Below are positions 36,116 to 50,499 of a stretch of 64,000 nt of DNA, piece by piece. The translations under genes were made by a program, and so were the position numbers. Position 1 is the first letter of the stretch. Every line of letters begins with the position of its first letter. This stretch comes from Paraphysomonas bandaiensis (Eukaryota > Protista > Chrysophyceae). Location: the NCBI GenBank assembly GCA_965644295.1, contig CBFFRP010000150.1, positions 438,781-502,780 of the forward strand, read 5' to 3'. The notes under the pieces were generated by a model. It had not been told where the DNA came from, did no database searches, and worked only from the letters and a program-made list of their open reading frames with translations.

Positions 36116-39100
36116 TTACGCTCCATCTCTAAACGATACAGGGTCTGGAAAATGCATATTATCGTCAATACCTTTTCTGCGTTGTTCACTGATCATTTCA
36201 GAGCCAGCTTGGACCCATTGACTCTCCGGATGAACACGAGAAGCCCCGACAGGGACATAGCCTTTCACTTTAGGTTTAAATGATGAAGGTAAAACAGACA
36301 CTTCAGAGACCATATCTTTACAATCATCTACTACAGGCTGTTTAGTGGTACCTAACGGTGTATAAGTACCCGCTGTTGATGTTTTAATAATTCTCTTAGG
36401 TTTAGATATCGATGCCGATATATCTTCGCCAAGTGCCATCTTTCCATTCCTCCTCAGTAGAGGAAGTTCTAACTTCTTTACTACCTGCTGGACAGTCTCA
36501 GGATTTCCATATACTAATATTCTATCATCTCCGTTGACAATGGTGTCCACTGGTGGATTGGTAAACACATATGGCAGAATAGCTTCGTTCCGAGGTAAAG
36601 GGGTTCTGTAAAGAGCAAGGGGGAGTAGCTGATAAACAACAAGTATTAGCATGAATTCAACAACTCGTGCGTTGATAAACTTACACATCTGGAGTTCAGT
36701 GCCCGAAATAGATCACCGTATTTTCTCCCAAAAAAAGTGTTAGGGACGGTAACATGGAGTAACATCTGCATATCTTGACCGCATACAAGTTTTTCACACA
36801 GTTGGGGTGTAATAGTTCCAAAAAAACTCTGAAAAAACTCATTAGGCAGTACATTCCATTGCTAAGTTCATACCTGGCATAGCATAGAATCAAAAGACGA
36901 AGGTACAATTGCTCTGCCAGCAGCAAATATTGGCAAGACATGATGAGAATCATCGACGTCCCAATAGTTGCCATTCTGAGTCTACACCAAAATCATAATG
37001 AGCTTAACATCTGAGGTGAGGATAAACCTATACCTTCTTTTGTTCTTTCTTTGTGCTAACAACAGGGGTATGACTACGGACCATAGATGTCTTCGACTTT
37101 TGTCCGCTGCTATTTTGTTGAGGCCCTACAGACAGACGCCGCATTGCTGCACTTTGCCTCCGCCTACTAAACTTTCCCGCGGTTAGTTGGATACATTCTT
37201 TGTGTTGGTCCAATACTGCTTCAGTCTTCATGTGACCAAGAAGAACATCAACGTCGATACTATTTCTGAACTTGTAGTTTCCTTTCAAACACGATGCAAG
37301 TCCGGTTCCTGTATCGCCCCAAAGCGGCCCACGACTTGTAACGTCGCGTTCAAGTTTACTCCGCCGTACAATTGCAGAGTTTAGAACCCCCATATTGTTC
37401 GGGCATGATAGTTCGACAGTAAAAAAGACGTCCCGAGGCACAAATCTCTCGACCTTAAGGTACTTAAATATGGCATCCGAGTCCACATTGGAGGTTTCAT
37501 CCACATTTATTCGCTCCCTCGAGGCAAGAAGAACAAGGGCATAAGCTGCCCGCACATTCATCAACGTTAGCTCTTGATTCGACGACACATTACTGTCCAA
37601 GAAATACACATCATCGTATCGGCTCTGAATTTGGCGCCACTTCCTCGGCTCACCAGGATTAACGATTAAGATTGGGTGGTACGCATCGTCAACTACCAGC
37701 GGTTTTCTCAACTCACTCACAAGTAAAAGTATGTGATCCATACAACCAAAAAATATTATATGGCCTTTGAGATCAGCCGCATCGTAAATTTCTTCAGATG
37801 GCGCTCCAAATCTGGGCACGGATTTCTGAACAGAGTCATTTGAAAACTGAGGCAAAGCGGCATCAAGCGATCCTCTGCGGCTTTGGTTTGCCAGGACGGG
37901 CGCAGTCCGCATAACTGCTGCCACTCTGCGGGCGATTCCGCTTCCAGAAGGGCCAGATTGAGCAGCGGTGCTTTGAATGATTTCTCCTGCGCCAGATTCG
38001 CTTCTTCCGAACTTTCTGCTTGTAGATTTCTTCACGCTCTCACCCCGTTTGTTGTCCTCATCATGAATACTGCTCGTACGTGTAGAAAGAACTCTTCGAA
38101 GTTTCCGCTTTTCTTCCTTATCTGCTTTAAATTTCGATACCAGCGATGCAATACTCGGGTTCTGAGAACTTAAATCTACGGAGGAGATAACTTCTCCAGA
38201 AGGTTGCTCTACCGGTGTCGACAAATCTTTTGTTGGGGACGGACTCATGGCGGACTCTGTTTTTAACGCCGCCATTCTCGCCAACATGGCCACATCTTTT
38301 ACAGACCTCTTACCCTTCCGCTTGGACATAGAATTTAATCGTGTCTGTTGCAGTGCCGCCACAATACTCGCCGGTTTTGTCGTTGCTGCAATACTTGGGG
38401 AGTTCAATGCACCAATCGTACTCTGCTGAACTGCTTTTCGCGCAACCATCGCAAATTTTCCTTTGGCTCCATCAACCCCCGTGGTTTGAGCATTAACTGT
38501 GCGGACAAGTGCAGCAGCTTGCTTGAGGGACTTCAGCTTGTTCTTTTTGCTAATCATATTCTTCATGCTCTTCATATTCGTCATTTTCCCTGAGGAAGAC
38601 TTCATTTGCAGTAGAGCTTTTTTTGATACACTAGGAATGTCCCGCATATCCCGCAGCTGAGGAGAATTGTTATCATCAAGCAAGTCAAGTGTCTCATCGT
38701 TAACACTAACGAAGCAGTCAGCTGCGTCATCGAGGTCTCGATCTAGTTGTAGCTTGACTGGTGGACTCTGAGATTCCAGTGACAATTCTGATTTCACTGT
38801 CGTAGGCTGTGATTGATCGTCATCAATAGAAAACTTCCTCATGAAATCGCCTCTTATAGAATCTACTTTGATCGTTGAGCTCGGCTTATCAACACTGACC
38901 ACATTTTTGCAGCTAAAACCAACAGGATCAATAGGATGCTCAATGTAACCTAGGAAATCATCGTCATTCTCTTCAGACGAGTCAGTATCGAAACCAAATA
39001 CGCCATTGTCCGCCACCTGGTTAAACACAGTGTCGCGCTTGCGTACAATCGCAAAATCACTATCAATTAAGTTTTGGGCCTTCTCCAGGTGCACAATATC

Positions 39101-41155
39101 TTTCATGTGGCTACTACTGGTAGATGCAGTGTGGACAACTGGAGCAGAACCTATCGAATCAATATTTCTGTGTCTCCTGACAGCAAACTGCTGCTCGGCG
39201 GAGATCATATTCTGCAACATGCGGTCTACAAGTACAGAGTCTGTCATTGAATAGCCGATAGCACTGGCGACAGCATTGTTAGGGGCAAGCAGCACCCCGA
39301 CGTTGAACTTTTCAAAGAATGCCGACACTGACTTGAACTTCTTTCGCTCATACTGCCTCGGGTTGTAGTAAAATCCTTGGTCCTCTGAAGAGTATACTCC
39401 CACAAAAGTGCACTCGAACTCAATATATATGGCTTCTACCAAAAGGGACCAAGAAAATCCCAGCATTTGGAAGAAGTTGTGATCGATAGGTACGTAATAA
39501 AGCTCCATTCCTACCCCATACGTATACTCGGATAGCCAATTGTCCCCAACTTTCTGGGCTGCGTACTTTCCACAGGTGGAGGAAAAACTGTGAAAGAGAT
39601 TCTCGACGAGTGTCGCCAGGCCTGGGCATATTGCGTTTCTACACTGCAATGTGGTTTTATATTCGTCTAAACAAAGCACAAGATCCGCGTCACTGTCTTT
39701 CAGTAGATCTCGGTCCTGCGAACGCAACACTTGAACAAGACACTCCAGCCTGGCGTTGAAGTTATTTACAGAAAGGGTCCGCAGTACAGTAGCGGCATCA
39801 TCCAGTAGAGCGTCTTCCTCATCCACCTCCACATTACTCAGAAAGAGCATTCCCGAGGCGATGTCTGCACGGGCCTTCTGCAAATCTTCCATATTCAGTG
39901 CAGAACCTATAATATACGAAACGCGGCTATCGAATAACGGCGAATGGATAAGGTCTTTCACTTCATCCACCGGCTCGGCGGGGCTCAGTATCACCAGGTG
40001 AAACTCCGGCGTGTTAGTCGCATATCGGTCTGGGTGAAAGAACTCCCGGAATACACGTGAGAGTTTAGATTTGTCATTCACGTGTCCACATAAAATGAGG
40101 TGGTTTTCATGTGGGCGGGCTTCATACGTGGTTCGAAAAGGAGAGTTCATTGAGAGAAGGGTTTGAAGCTTGTTAATCTGCATTGGAATAACTATAAGAG
40201 CGGCAATGATTAGCATCAACGTCGCTATTCTAGAGGCATTATTTGTGGGATTAAAGTCGCCATATCCCACCACAGATATCGTCACAACTACGAAGTACAG
40301 ACACTCAAAGAAGGCCAATGAGCGGCAGCGAATCTTCGATGGCTTATACTGCGTATCCTGCACATCGTGCAGGGCATAACAGTTGTTTTCACGGCAATCA
40401 CATGTCGGATCATCGAATGAAGAGAAGTTCGAATCACAAGATGGCTCATACCCAGTTTTCTCATTTATGTACTGACAGTCGTAACTTAACTCATTTACAT
40501 CGTTCTCTGTCAGATTAATGACTCCAGCGGCAAGAAAAGTCAAGCTCAACAATGCAAGTATCAGAGTTATGATTTGTCGCTTTACACCACTAAACCCACC
40601 CAATAGACGAAACGTTCGCAATATTCTAATAAGGCGCAATATTCTCGCAAACCGGAGCCATGATATGTTCGGAGCCTGTTGAATATATGTTAAATATACA
40701 GGGATTATTGTTACGATATCAATCCAAGCCATGGGAGACTTGAAGAAAGCAATCGTACTGCTCGCAATAAACCAACTGACTATGAAGTCCATAAGAAAGA
40801 ACTGAGTAATAATGTTCTCAATAATTGAATAGATTTGTAGCCAGAGGTATGAATCACGATAACTTTCTGCCACATAAATTGCGCATGCAAGTAGTGAAAG
40901 GACAACTTGTAATATATCCCAATACGTTCCGCCAAGAGAATTATACTTCAGCGATATTAAGTATTTTTTAAATGTACTGATATCATATGACCTGTGCTCA
41001 GCACAGAATATTCCCCAACAACCCGCTTCTTTATTTAAATCATCGATTGCATGTGCTGACTGTGATTTTACTGAGAGGTAAGCCTCTGATTTCCCCATGT
41101 TAGATAGACGAGACTGGTTCATACCAGTGTCCGGCACCTGTCTCTTAATAGACAT
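36116..41155 (-). CDS. Slo/BK-type (RCK-gated) potassium channel alpha subunit, about 4 exons
   Basis: S1-S6 with S4 LRFARILRLIRILR, pore VTISVVGYGD, RCK1 HLILCG..FREFFHPDR..YIIGSAL..DLQKARA..NAICPGLATLVENL, RCK2 HIIFFG..LRKP..YVFTNPP. Confidence 0.9.
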
Positions 41156-41966
41156 GTATGTAAACTATAGAGGGTCGCTATTACTATATAACAATAAGAT
41201 AAGATGACAGGTGATCATACAAGGCCCCTTATATACCCCGTAATGAGGTGATGTGTACTATACGACTGTATGAATACGATTAACAGGGAGATATTATCAT
41301 CTATAGGATTTAATGGGTTCAAAGGAATGCCAGTGAATGTTTCCAATAAGTAACAGTATCAATTCATATAACAATACATTTGAATCTATCATCCACATGA
41401 TAATATAACCGGCCCGACAATATGTACATGTCTATATATATATATATATATGTATCACTGTCAATACCTCTTACGGTGTTGGCTATATGTTATGAAGCCC
41501 ACTTCAACACCCTCCCTCATGATTCCTCTGGTGAACTTCACCTTCCTCCCTCAAGTGCGTCATAATGTCATAACCATGTCGCTCATACTCAGCGTCTGTG
41601 TCAGTTGTAGCATTGTTCACTGGATATACGGAGTATACGGTGACGTATTCTATTATCTATCAGTGACAAACGGAATTGTTAATTGTTGTTTTGTATACGG
41701 AGGTATACATAGAGTACAGTACGGTAGTAGAGCTACAAATATTTGATGAGCAGGTACAGCAGTATAGCAGTGCCGCATATGTACTGCTGTGGTGTGTACA
41801 TATAGACCCGCATGCATCCATACACTACAACATAACCACCCGATCTCAATATATCTGCCTCTGTGTTGCAATTACATGAATAGAATGTCACACTTTAGAC
41901 AGTAAACTTTGACTTCAGTTGATATCTATTCTATTCTGTGTTAGTGACAGTTGATTATAGAGAATC

Positions 41967-44026
41967 ATGTCGAAGATCGATACAAGAGGTAATCTTATAG
42001 CCACAGTCGTACAGGGACATACGTTTACAATAGATAAACGTTATCAACCTGGAAAAATACTTGGGAGAGGATCATTTGGTGTTGTATGTACGGCGTTCGA
42101 TACAGTTCGTCAAGAGACTATCGCAATAAAGCGGATTCGACCTTATGCCAATGATGAGTGGGATGCAAGGCATACATTGCGTGAAATTCGACTAATGAAG
42201 CTTCTTGGTCGACATCCTAATGTAGTTTGCGACATATATGTATTGTTTTATAGTAACACATGTATGAAGGTGATAGCGCTATATGATTTGAGCATATATG
42301 ACGAGAAGGCGGAGCTGTATATGAATATGGAGGTATTATTTTAGTTTCTCCGTCTGTGTTAACCTCTCTGTTTTAGCTTATGGACTGTGATCTACACAGA
42401 ATTATACAGAGTAAGCAGCCGCTTAATGATATGCACTACAAGTGTTTCGCGAAACAGATGCTGGAGGGGATTCGTGCGATGCATGAGATCGGCGTATTTC
42501 GTGAGTGTGTACTGTTAAGTAATAATCAACCTCACGCACTATGTATTTAGATCGTGATCTTAAGCCAGGAAATCTTCTTGTCAGCAAAGGTAGGGTATTT
42601 TCATATATGTACTTTTACTTTTGTTATTTGTTGCAACCTGGTAATTTTCTCTATTGTAGACTGTCAATTGCGCATTACGGACTTTGGTCTCGCACGATTC
42701 ATGGACGAAGACACACTTTCTGGAAATAACCGTCAGAATCCACTTACTGAGTATGTGGTGACTAGATGGTATAGATGTCCGGAACTTCTCTTGAGCCCGA
42801 CCCAGCCCTACAGTGCTGCTATAGATATTTGGTCAATCGGGTACGCCATCATATCACACCTATGTATCCGCTGCTCTGCTAATTATGTCTCTGCTATTTT
42901 CAGATGTATCCTTGGAGAGCTAATCAAACGCAAGCCATTATTTCCAGGCAAGAGTCATGCCAATCAGGTGCAACTCATTCTCGAAGTGCGAGGTTACCAC
43001 GGGCCTGAAGATCTAGGGTTTGAGCTTAGTTCCGAGGCAACCTCTTTCCTCGATCGCCGATGCCGATTTAATGGGAAGCCTCTCGCCAGCTTCATTCCGC
43101 AGGCCTCTCCTGAGGCTTTGGAACTTCTCGAGGTGCTGATGGATCTCAACCCTAAACGCAGACCATCTGCCGCTGAAGCCCTGACTTTCTCCTATATTGA
43201 AGACGCACAAATACTCTGCGATTACAGTGAAAATACGATGCCCAGGCGTGTGGACGAAAGATTCTTTGACTTTGAACGCGAAGACTATAGTCTGGAACAA
43301 TTACAAGCTATGGTGCGTGAAGAAGTAAATCGCCCTTGCGACGATTCCATATTTGTTGAACCTTCTCCTACAAGACGCACAACATCCTTGTCCCGCCAGG
43401 CATCCGGAAGCCAACAGCCGTCTCATGGTAGAACGGAATCTGATGTATATGCCACTGAGGAAGATGAAGATCGCGTTGAGTATTCCCGCCAAAATACTCT
43501 AGAACGAAGTGAATCTCTTATGAGTGAATGTGGACCTGGTGCAAACCCCAAAACTCTCTCCCGTAGCAGGAGCGCACCCCCAACTCCTTCCCCGCAGAAG
43601 GTCGATATCATCGCGAAGCAGGATAAGAAACACAAGCGACGGTTCTTCTTGCAGGGGCTTCAACGGTTGAAACAAGATCAAGAAGTGGTGGAGAGTAGCA
43701 GTTCACGGAGTGAGAAGGACAGTGGCCAGAGCACCAATCGAATCGAGAGGTACGGTACCGGTTCCGAAGATCTCACATCCAGGAGAGATCGTGCGCAGCC
43801 TCCGGGTGTCGTACGGGGTGGAAGCACTATGCAGCAGTCGCTATCTAATAAGGCATCTAAGTATGCTCAGCCGCAGGAGATGGGAGATCAATCCCATCTG
43901 TATTCTCAATTTCATCACTTGGGTTTTTCATCTGAAGGGAGAAATGCTGCTCCGGTTGCGGACTCGAGAGTTACTCGACTACCCGCTCTTCACCAGCGTG
44001 GACCGAAGCAACCAGGATTTCGATGA
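41967..44026 (+). CDS. Mitogen-activated protein kinase (TEY type) with a long disordered C-tail, about 6 exons
   Basis: LGRGSFGVVC, IAIKRI, RHTLREIRLM, FHRDLKPGNLL, ITDFGLAR, LTEYVVTRWYRCPE. Confidence 0.94.
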
Positions 44027-44586
44027 TGCATATGCACCAAAGTGTTGTATTGTTTTTTTTCTGGGGTGTGTTTTCCTTGGAGTATTTTCGGACCGATATT
44101 AGGCGACGTATTTGTATGTCAATCGAGTATTTTGCATATATATCAAATCGTGTAATAAGATTCTGATACTGTTTCGAGTAAACTGCCCTTATATTGGGGA
44201 GCTTTTTTCAACTATTCTATGATGTATTGATTTATATGTTGATGACAACTAATTCAGTAATTTGAGCATTACATATTGTTTATGGAACTACAATCTGCAA
44301 TAGCTCTTATAGGGATGTATAATGCAGATTTAAGCTTTTAGTAATATAGTAAGAAGTATTGAACTACAACCAATTCCTACGTGCGTACTTGAAGCTTGGT
44401 AGAGCCTATCACTAGTAGCTATTCTGTATTCTATGTAGCAAGTAAATACAGAATATACGTGACTACACTATAGGAGTAGCTATTACAAGTATACAAAGAA
44501 ACTGAAAATGTAGTCGCTGTTAAAGATACGATTTGTAGAACAGAATGTTGATGTTGGTGATTGACGTGGTTCCTAAATCACAGTGC

Positions 44587-44707
44587 TACAACATCATAAT
44601 TTCACTATATATCTCTTAACGTAATCAGTTAATATTACACTATTAGTGTACAACATCATAATTTCACTATATATCTCTTAACGTAATCAGTTAATATTAC
44701 ACTATTA
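44587..44707 (+). repeat. Two-copy tandem duplication, 62-bp period
   Basis: tacaacatcataatttcactatatatctcttaacgtaatcagttaatattacactatta occurs twice. Confidence 0.9.
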
Positions 44708-45184
44708 CAAGCGTAATTCAATAAGAAGAATGTTGTGATTGTGATTATTAGAGTGTAAACGTGATGTACACAGTAGTGTAAAAAAGGTGAATAATAATGC
44801 AGAACATAACTATCACACACAACGGAATAGTTAGAAGTATAACGATCATTATGATGACAATCATGTATCTTCAACAGATAATCTCTCGCTAATTCAGTTC
44901 ATGATATAATTCAGTTCAACATTATAACACACACATACAATCTTGTATTAAGATGAATCCTAATACGCCCCCTCAATGAAATAATCAGTAAACCGTAGAT
45001 AATAGAGAGAATATGAAACTTATATATATACACTGAGAGTAAAAACCAGTGTAGCAGTAACAAGTCAATAATAAGCGAACTGCAGCGATGCCATATTGTG
45101 AGACCATCCTTCTTGCCCAGCATCATATATTGAACAAAAAAATGGTAAAAACTCCGTGTATCTCAAACTAGCCACCTAGGTCGC

Positions 45185-46430
45185 TTGCGACTTGGTAATT
45201 GTGATTTGGGTGTCTCTGAGATTGTTGATCGCTTCCTGTTGTTGCTGGATGGGATGTCGAACTCAGCTCCCCCCATCAATGTAGTTTGCAATGTGAAGAA
45301 GATAGTTGGTCCTAGTGGTTTAGTAAGAAGATCCGCTGACATTGACTTGTCTATGGTTGAGTCACTGACAAGGTGTGTAATATTGTTAATTTTTTTCCCC
45401 TCATTTTTCTTGCAGTTTTAAGTCCAAAATTGTCTCATTTCATGAAGATGAAAAGGCTGTCACATCTCTGAGGTGTGTTGAATTTGCAAATGCACCTCAG
45501 TGCCACGACACCCTGCGAGGAAAGTGCAAATTGTTTATTACCCGCAATGAAGGGATGGTTCAAGGTGACAGTGAATGTTACCGACTGCATTTCCACAGCT
45601 CTGAGGAGGTTCCCGAAAATATTTCGAAGCATACTTTCCGCAACAAATCGGGCTGGAAATACACCTGTTTCGCGTCGTCTTGCAAATGTGTGCGATGGGA
45701 GGGCCGCCTAGAGACTGTGGAGGTTGACGACGTGGTGCGCAGAGACTCGTCAGGTGCCTTTGTCAGCATTCGACTGACAGATGTGTGCGCTGTTCACTAC
45801 GAAGAAAACGACTTCTCAGAGCTTCACAGCATGCTGTCGAATATGAAGGACCCTGTGAAAGAAGAGCATGAGATTGCTCTGTGTCCCTGTTCGTGCCCCT
45901 GTCCATGCTCTCTGTGGAGTTGCTTTTCGGCGTTATTGACCTGCTGTGGTTTGTGTTCCCTATGCAAGTGCGAGTGCAAACTCTCTGATATGAAAGACGT
46001 GATAATAGAGACGTGGGAATTCTCGACCAAAAAACTAAAGAAGCTCCGAAATCTTTATGGCGGGGAGAAGTTCTCTAAAGAACGTGTGGAGTCAAAGTTG
46101 CATAATCCTATTCGCGCGGTGGAAGAGACTGTCCGTGTGACCGCCACTGAGACGGCTAAGTGGCAGCGCAAACACTGCATTCACATTACTTATTTGGACG
46201 CCCTAGTAGACACGAATAAGAAGCACCGAGGCATCATTGTGCTGGACCCGGAGGAAGACAGTCAGGCGTGTATCGACTTTGTGTGTGCGATGAACGACAT
46301 TCTGGACCAGCAGTTGGCCGACATGTCCACTGAGACGATGGCAATGATCCGCAACATGCCGCTGGAGCCCCCGCATAAACCTTCCATCATCTCTAACTTT
46401 ACCTTTCACGGTCTTAGCAACATCTTCTAA
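45185..46430 (+). CDS. Hypothetical protein with a cysteine string (5' end uncertain)
   Basis: The 299-aa ORF extends upstream through an intron at about 45373-45415; contains CPCSCPCPCSLWSCFSALLTCCGLCSLCKCECK; coding-like GC content. Confidence 0.7.
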
Positions 46431-46719
46431 TACCGCAACGCACTCATAGTACTGTGCTGAGCAAAATATATGTTAAAAGGGAGTCGTCGTTGATTGTGAA
46501 TCTGGTTAGTCTCATGCTTATAGTACTTATTTACACTAAACCATAGTCTGTAGCCATAGTCTCTATCCAATGATATAAAATTGAATTAATACAACACTGA
46601 GTAAAGCAATCACGGCACCCCTCTATTCTATAGTTTCCTTAGATAGAGTATCAGCATCTGTATAATTCGCTAGCTAACGTGTTACAGAAACTATAATAAT
46701 GAATACTATTTGTATCTAT

Positions 46720-47335
46720 CGAACGGATATAACAATACGCATGGAATGTATTTTGCAAAACACAGCCGCACGCAACCGAGCTAAACTTTCCTCTTTCACC
46801 TAGATGCCCACCACCATGCCGATGAGGCCATCATATCCATATACATAACATCTTACCATAGTCGGAGCACACAGGCACAGATTTGGTGGTTCACTTCGTA
46901 GGTGATCTATGATAAGCATTGGATTAGCCGGTATATTTCTTGCCATCCTTGGTATAACAAATAACAATGAACTATGAGTTCTTTACACTGTTGATTCCGC
47001 AGTCCATTCCACTGTCCTCGCATATTGACAACTTCACGAACTTCACGAGTGAGTGCTTGGAAGAGATGTGGATTAACAGCCCCGATATAATTTACTCTCT
47101 TCATTGCAAGCCCCTCTGTTGCAGCTTCATCAAGATAATACGAGTCGAAAAGAATAACACTGTTATTCATTCGTGTGGAATTAAAGGAGTGGATAATTTT
47201 GCTCCAGTGTTCCACAACAGCGCTGACAGGTATAGATTCCCCTAGATCAGCTATCGCATCATGCAACCACATGTCCAGCATGTATGAGTGTTTGTTGGAC
47301 AGTTTTACACATAATTCATACACCTGTAAGCACAT
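46720..47335 (-). pseudogene. Decayed DDE transposase, piggyBac-like
   Basis: ILFDSYY..GL..KRVNYIGAV resembles the piggyBac second-Asp region; frameshifted tail WPHRHGGG..GCVLQNTFHAY. Confidence 0.5.
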
Positions 47336-47604
47336 TCGTATATATATATATATTTGGAGTGAGAACCCGGGCGGGGAAGCGCTGAACTAAGCGATGTGTA
47401 CATAGGTAGAGGTGCGCAGTTGCAGCACACACTAAATGGCTAAACGCGGTCAGTATGGGGCAGTAAATCATATGATATAGATAAAATGATGGCAGCTTTA
47501 TGAACGATACAGTTTAAAGAGTACATCTTTGATGTACTCGCGCATAAGAAGACAACTGTTATTAAAATCTCAGTTGGAAACACAGAAAAACTAGTATAAT
47601 ATAG

Positions 47605-49542
47605 TCAACTATGGATTGCTAATAGCTTCAGATAGAATGACACTACTTCGTCATAATCAGCAATATATTCAAGTTTTTTTTGCAGCATTGTATCAGAAAA
47701 CACCTCCCGGATCTTTCTAGTAACACTTTCAGGAGCAAACCCCAACAAGTTCGCCAATATTTTCAAAATGCACTGAACTGTGATAGTGCTAAAACCAAAC
47801 TGACTTCTGTCAGCTGACGAACTATCTCCAATATCTGACTCTCTATTTAACACATGAAGCAACTGCAAAAAAAAGTCACTCTACAAAATATAATAAATCG
47901 CGACACAGACCTTATCAATCGCATTAAACTTCACGAAAAATGACTTAACTTCACCAAATATTACAGCACCCGATAATACTTGTGTCGCCTTCACAGTAAC
48001 AGCGGCCGTATAACTTCCTACAGCCCACTTCCACACCGAGCGCAGTACACGGTAATCATTGGCGCACAGAGTATCTATCAATGCCGGACCGACCTCTCGT
48101 TCAGTAGACGGTAATCTCTTGCGGTCCGAACTCTCATGCACTTGAGCACAGTGCACAAGGAAGTCTAGAGCTAGTCTGGTGCGTGGGAGTGGCCACTCAG
48201 AAGTCAGAAAATAGTCTACAGATTCCTTCTCTAGCCATATACCGAACTTCTCCCACCCCCCAATTGCAACCATTACCAGTAATATTTCAGCAGCAGGGCC
48301 ACATACATCTTCGTCACGTCTAGGGTGCGCATGAGACAGAGTCAGTAACAGTCTCCATCGCTCGCTCAAAATACTCTCTAGATCCGCCCCAATGTCGCTA
48401 ACATCGCGCTGCACTGATTCCAACAGCTCAATCACCAGACGCTTCGCGCATTGTAGCGATAACTGCACTGTACGAAGGTGAGTATCTGAGCTACGCAGTG
48501 ATCCGTCCGCCACAAGATAGGGCATTGGTGCTTCAGCTGTCACGTCTCGTCTAGATGGCTGATGCCGTGGAGGGCGCAATGAGGCCTTCAGGGATTGAAA
48601 TACAGCACGCAAAAGAGTCAGCCCATCGGAAGGGCCATCCCCGCGCACCCCTGCCACCACTTTCTCCAGAGCGAACTCTCTGCAACCTGGGTCAGAAGAA
48701 TGAAGCAACTCCAGTACTCGCTCAAGAGACATGCCCCCACCTTCTCCTGAGAGAGGAGAAACAGGCTTTTCTTGCACAGGAGCATTTTCTTCTTTACGGG
48801 GAGAAGAGTCCCTTATTTCTCGACGTCGCTCATGGGCTAAACGTCCGGAAGTTCCTAGTGTCTCGCACAGTGCAGTGAGTTCAGCCTCCACCTCCGCGAA
48901 ACGTTTCACAGCACTTGTAGCGTCAGAAACCAGACTGACTGTATCAATAGTGCAATCAGGCTGACTGCGTGCCTCCACAAGCTGTTTTAGAGCTGACACC
49001 GCGACTGATCCGCTTCCAGTTGTACGGAGAATACGAAGAATTCCATCAGTCGCTATCTTCAGTAAAAATGCATTCTCACACTTCTCAAGTATTAACCCAA
49101 AACACGTTAGTGCCAGTGACTGTACTTCAGTCGATGTGGATCCACTCATATTCTCAAGTAACACTAATGCCTCTTTACAGGGAGGGCATTTCGCTCTCAT
49201 ACTCCTCATATAAGACAACACCTGACGAGCAGAGGACTCCTGCCACTTAAAGTATCTAGTGATGACTATCTGTAAGTCTACTGGAGCCTCTCGACCATTA
49301 TCATCATCACATACAACCACTTCAACGAAATCAATCATATCAATATCTTTTAATTGAATGGATCCACTTAAAATACGCCCTTGACTGTCTCGTACCAACT
49401 GAATGAACCTGTTTGTCAAAGAGAAATAGGCTTGTTCATACTCTACTAATGCTCTTTCACCTAGCTCTGATATAGTTGTTTCAATAGGGCATGATATTAA
49501 TAATGTCTCTGAGCATACTTTGACCTCCACTATACGAGACAT
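47605..49542 (-). CDS. Hypothetical alpha-solenoid (ARM/HEAT-like) protein with a possible ubiquitin-like N-terminus, 2 exons
   Basis: About 550-aa helical ORF plus an intron GTCTGT..TTGCAG (about 47869-47910) to an 87-aa terminal exon. Confidence 0.7.
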
Positions 49543-50379
49543 GAGATCCACGGGTTGACTATACCACACTATACGATACTCCCTTCATAGTTATGGTATA
49601 CAGTGACGGTAGGGATAGTACCACTCTCCTATAGGCTGTATGAGGTGATAGATGCTGTGGAGGGGTCTACTTCACACACAGATGAAGTTAAAGTCTTCAT
49701 ACAATTGCATGAAGTCATGCCGAGAGGCAGGTATACAATACAATGTATATATAGGGCAAGTAGTATACACTCTTGTACGTAGTACTGTACGTTGCATATA
49801 CATAACTGTTGTTTGAGAACCGCTGTATTCAAGGGAATACAGTGTAGTATGTGTCCAGGTTGAGATATATACACACACCATCTGGCCATGGTTGGGTCAA
49901 AGTTTGACACCCCCATTTGGATATCAGTGTACACTCTGACTCACACACAGCATTGATCCAACTGTCATTTATATTTCAAAGCTGTACTACATCAGGGAAC
50001 ATAGACATGCCTCAATAGAACTTCGTCCACAGGTCAACCCAAGCAAAGCATTACCTACAAATTAATAATAGAACAGTAACAGGCTATTGTTAAACTAAAT
50101 CACATGGAACTTAATGCATAGCAAAAAGTAGATGATAGCTTGCCATGTCCCCAATCATCCTACATATGGTGCCTACGAAGCATGAAATACGTTCGGAAAT
50201 TGAGACCTACATTTCTTTCTGTGTTAGAGTTAGGACACATTCTGTATGATTGCATTACACTATAGTATCATCTATCTACAGTTTAAATAGTTTATTCAGT
50301 ATCTAGTATATTACACTACATTGAGGTTAATTCTTTCTTGAATATTTATATTTTGTATATATTAACATCATATAGTTAT

Positions 50380-50499
50380 ATTTAACCACGGGCAATAAGG
50401 AGGCTATATCGTCCCGCGCTCAAAATTTTGAAACGAGGGCGAAAAGCCCGAGTTTTAAAATTTTGACAAGGGACGATACTCCTTATCCCTAGGTTAAAT
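50380..50499. repeat. About 120-bp imperfect palindrome (foldback/MITE-like)
   Basis: atttaacc..ataaggag..tatcgtccc..tcaaaattttgaaac..gggc-gaaaa-gccc..gttttaaaattttga..gggacgata..ctccttat..ggttaaat. Confidence 0.8.
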
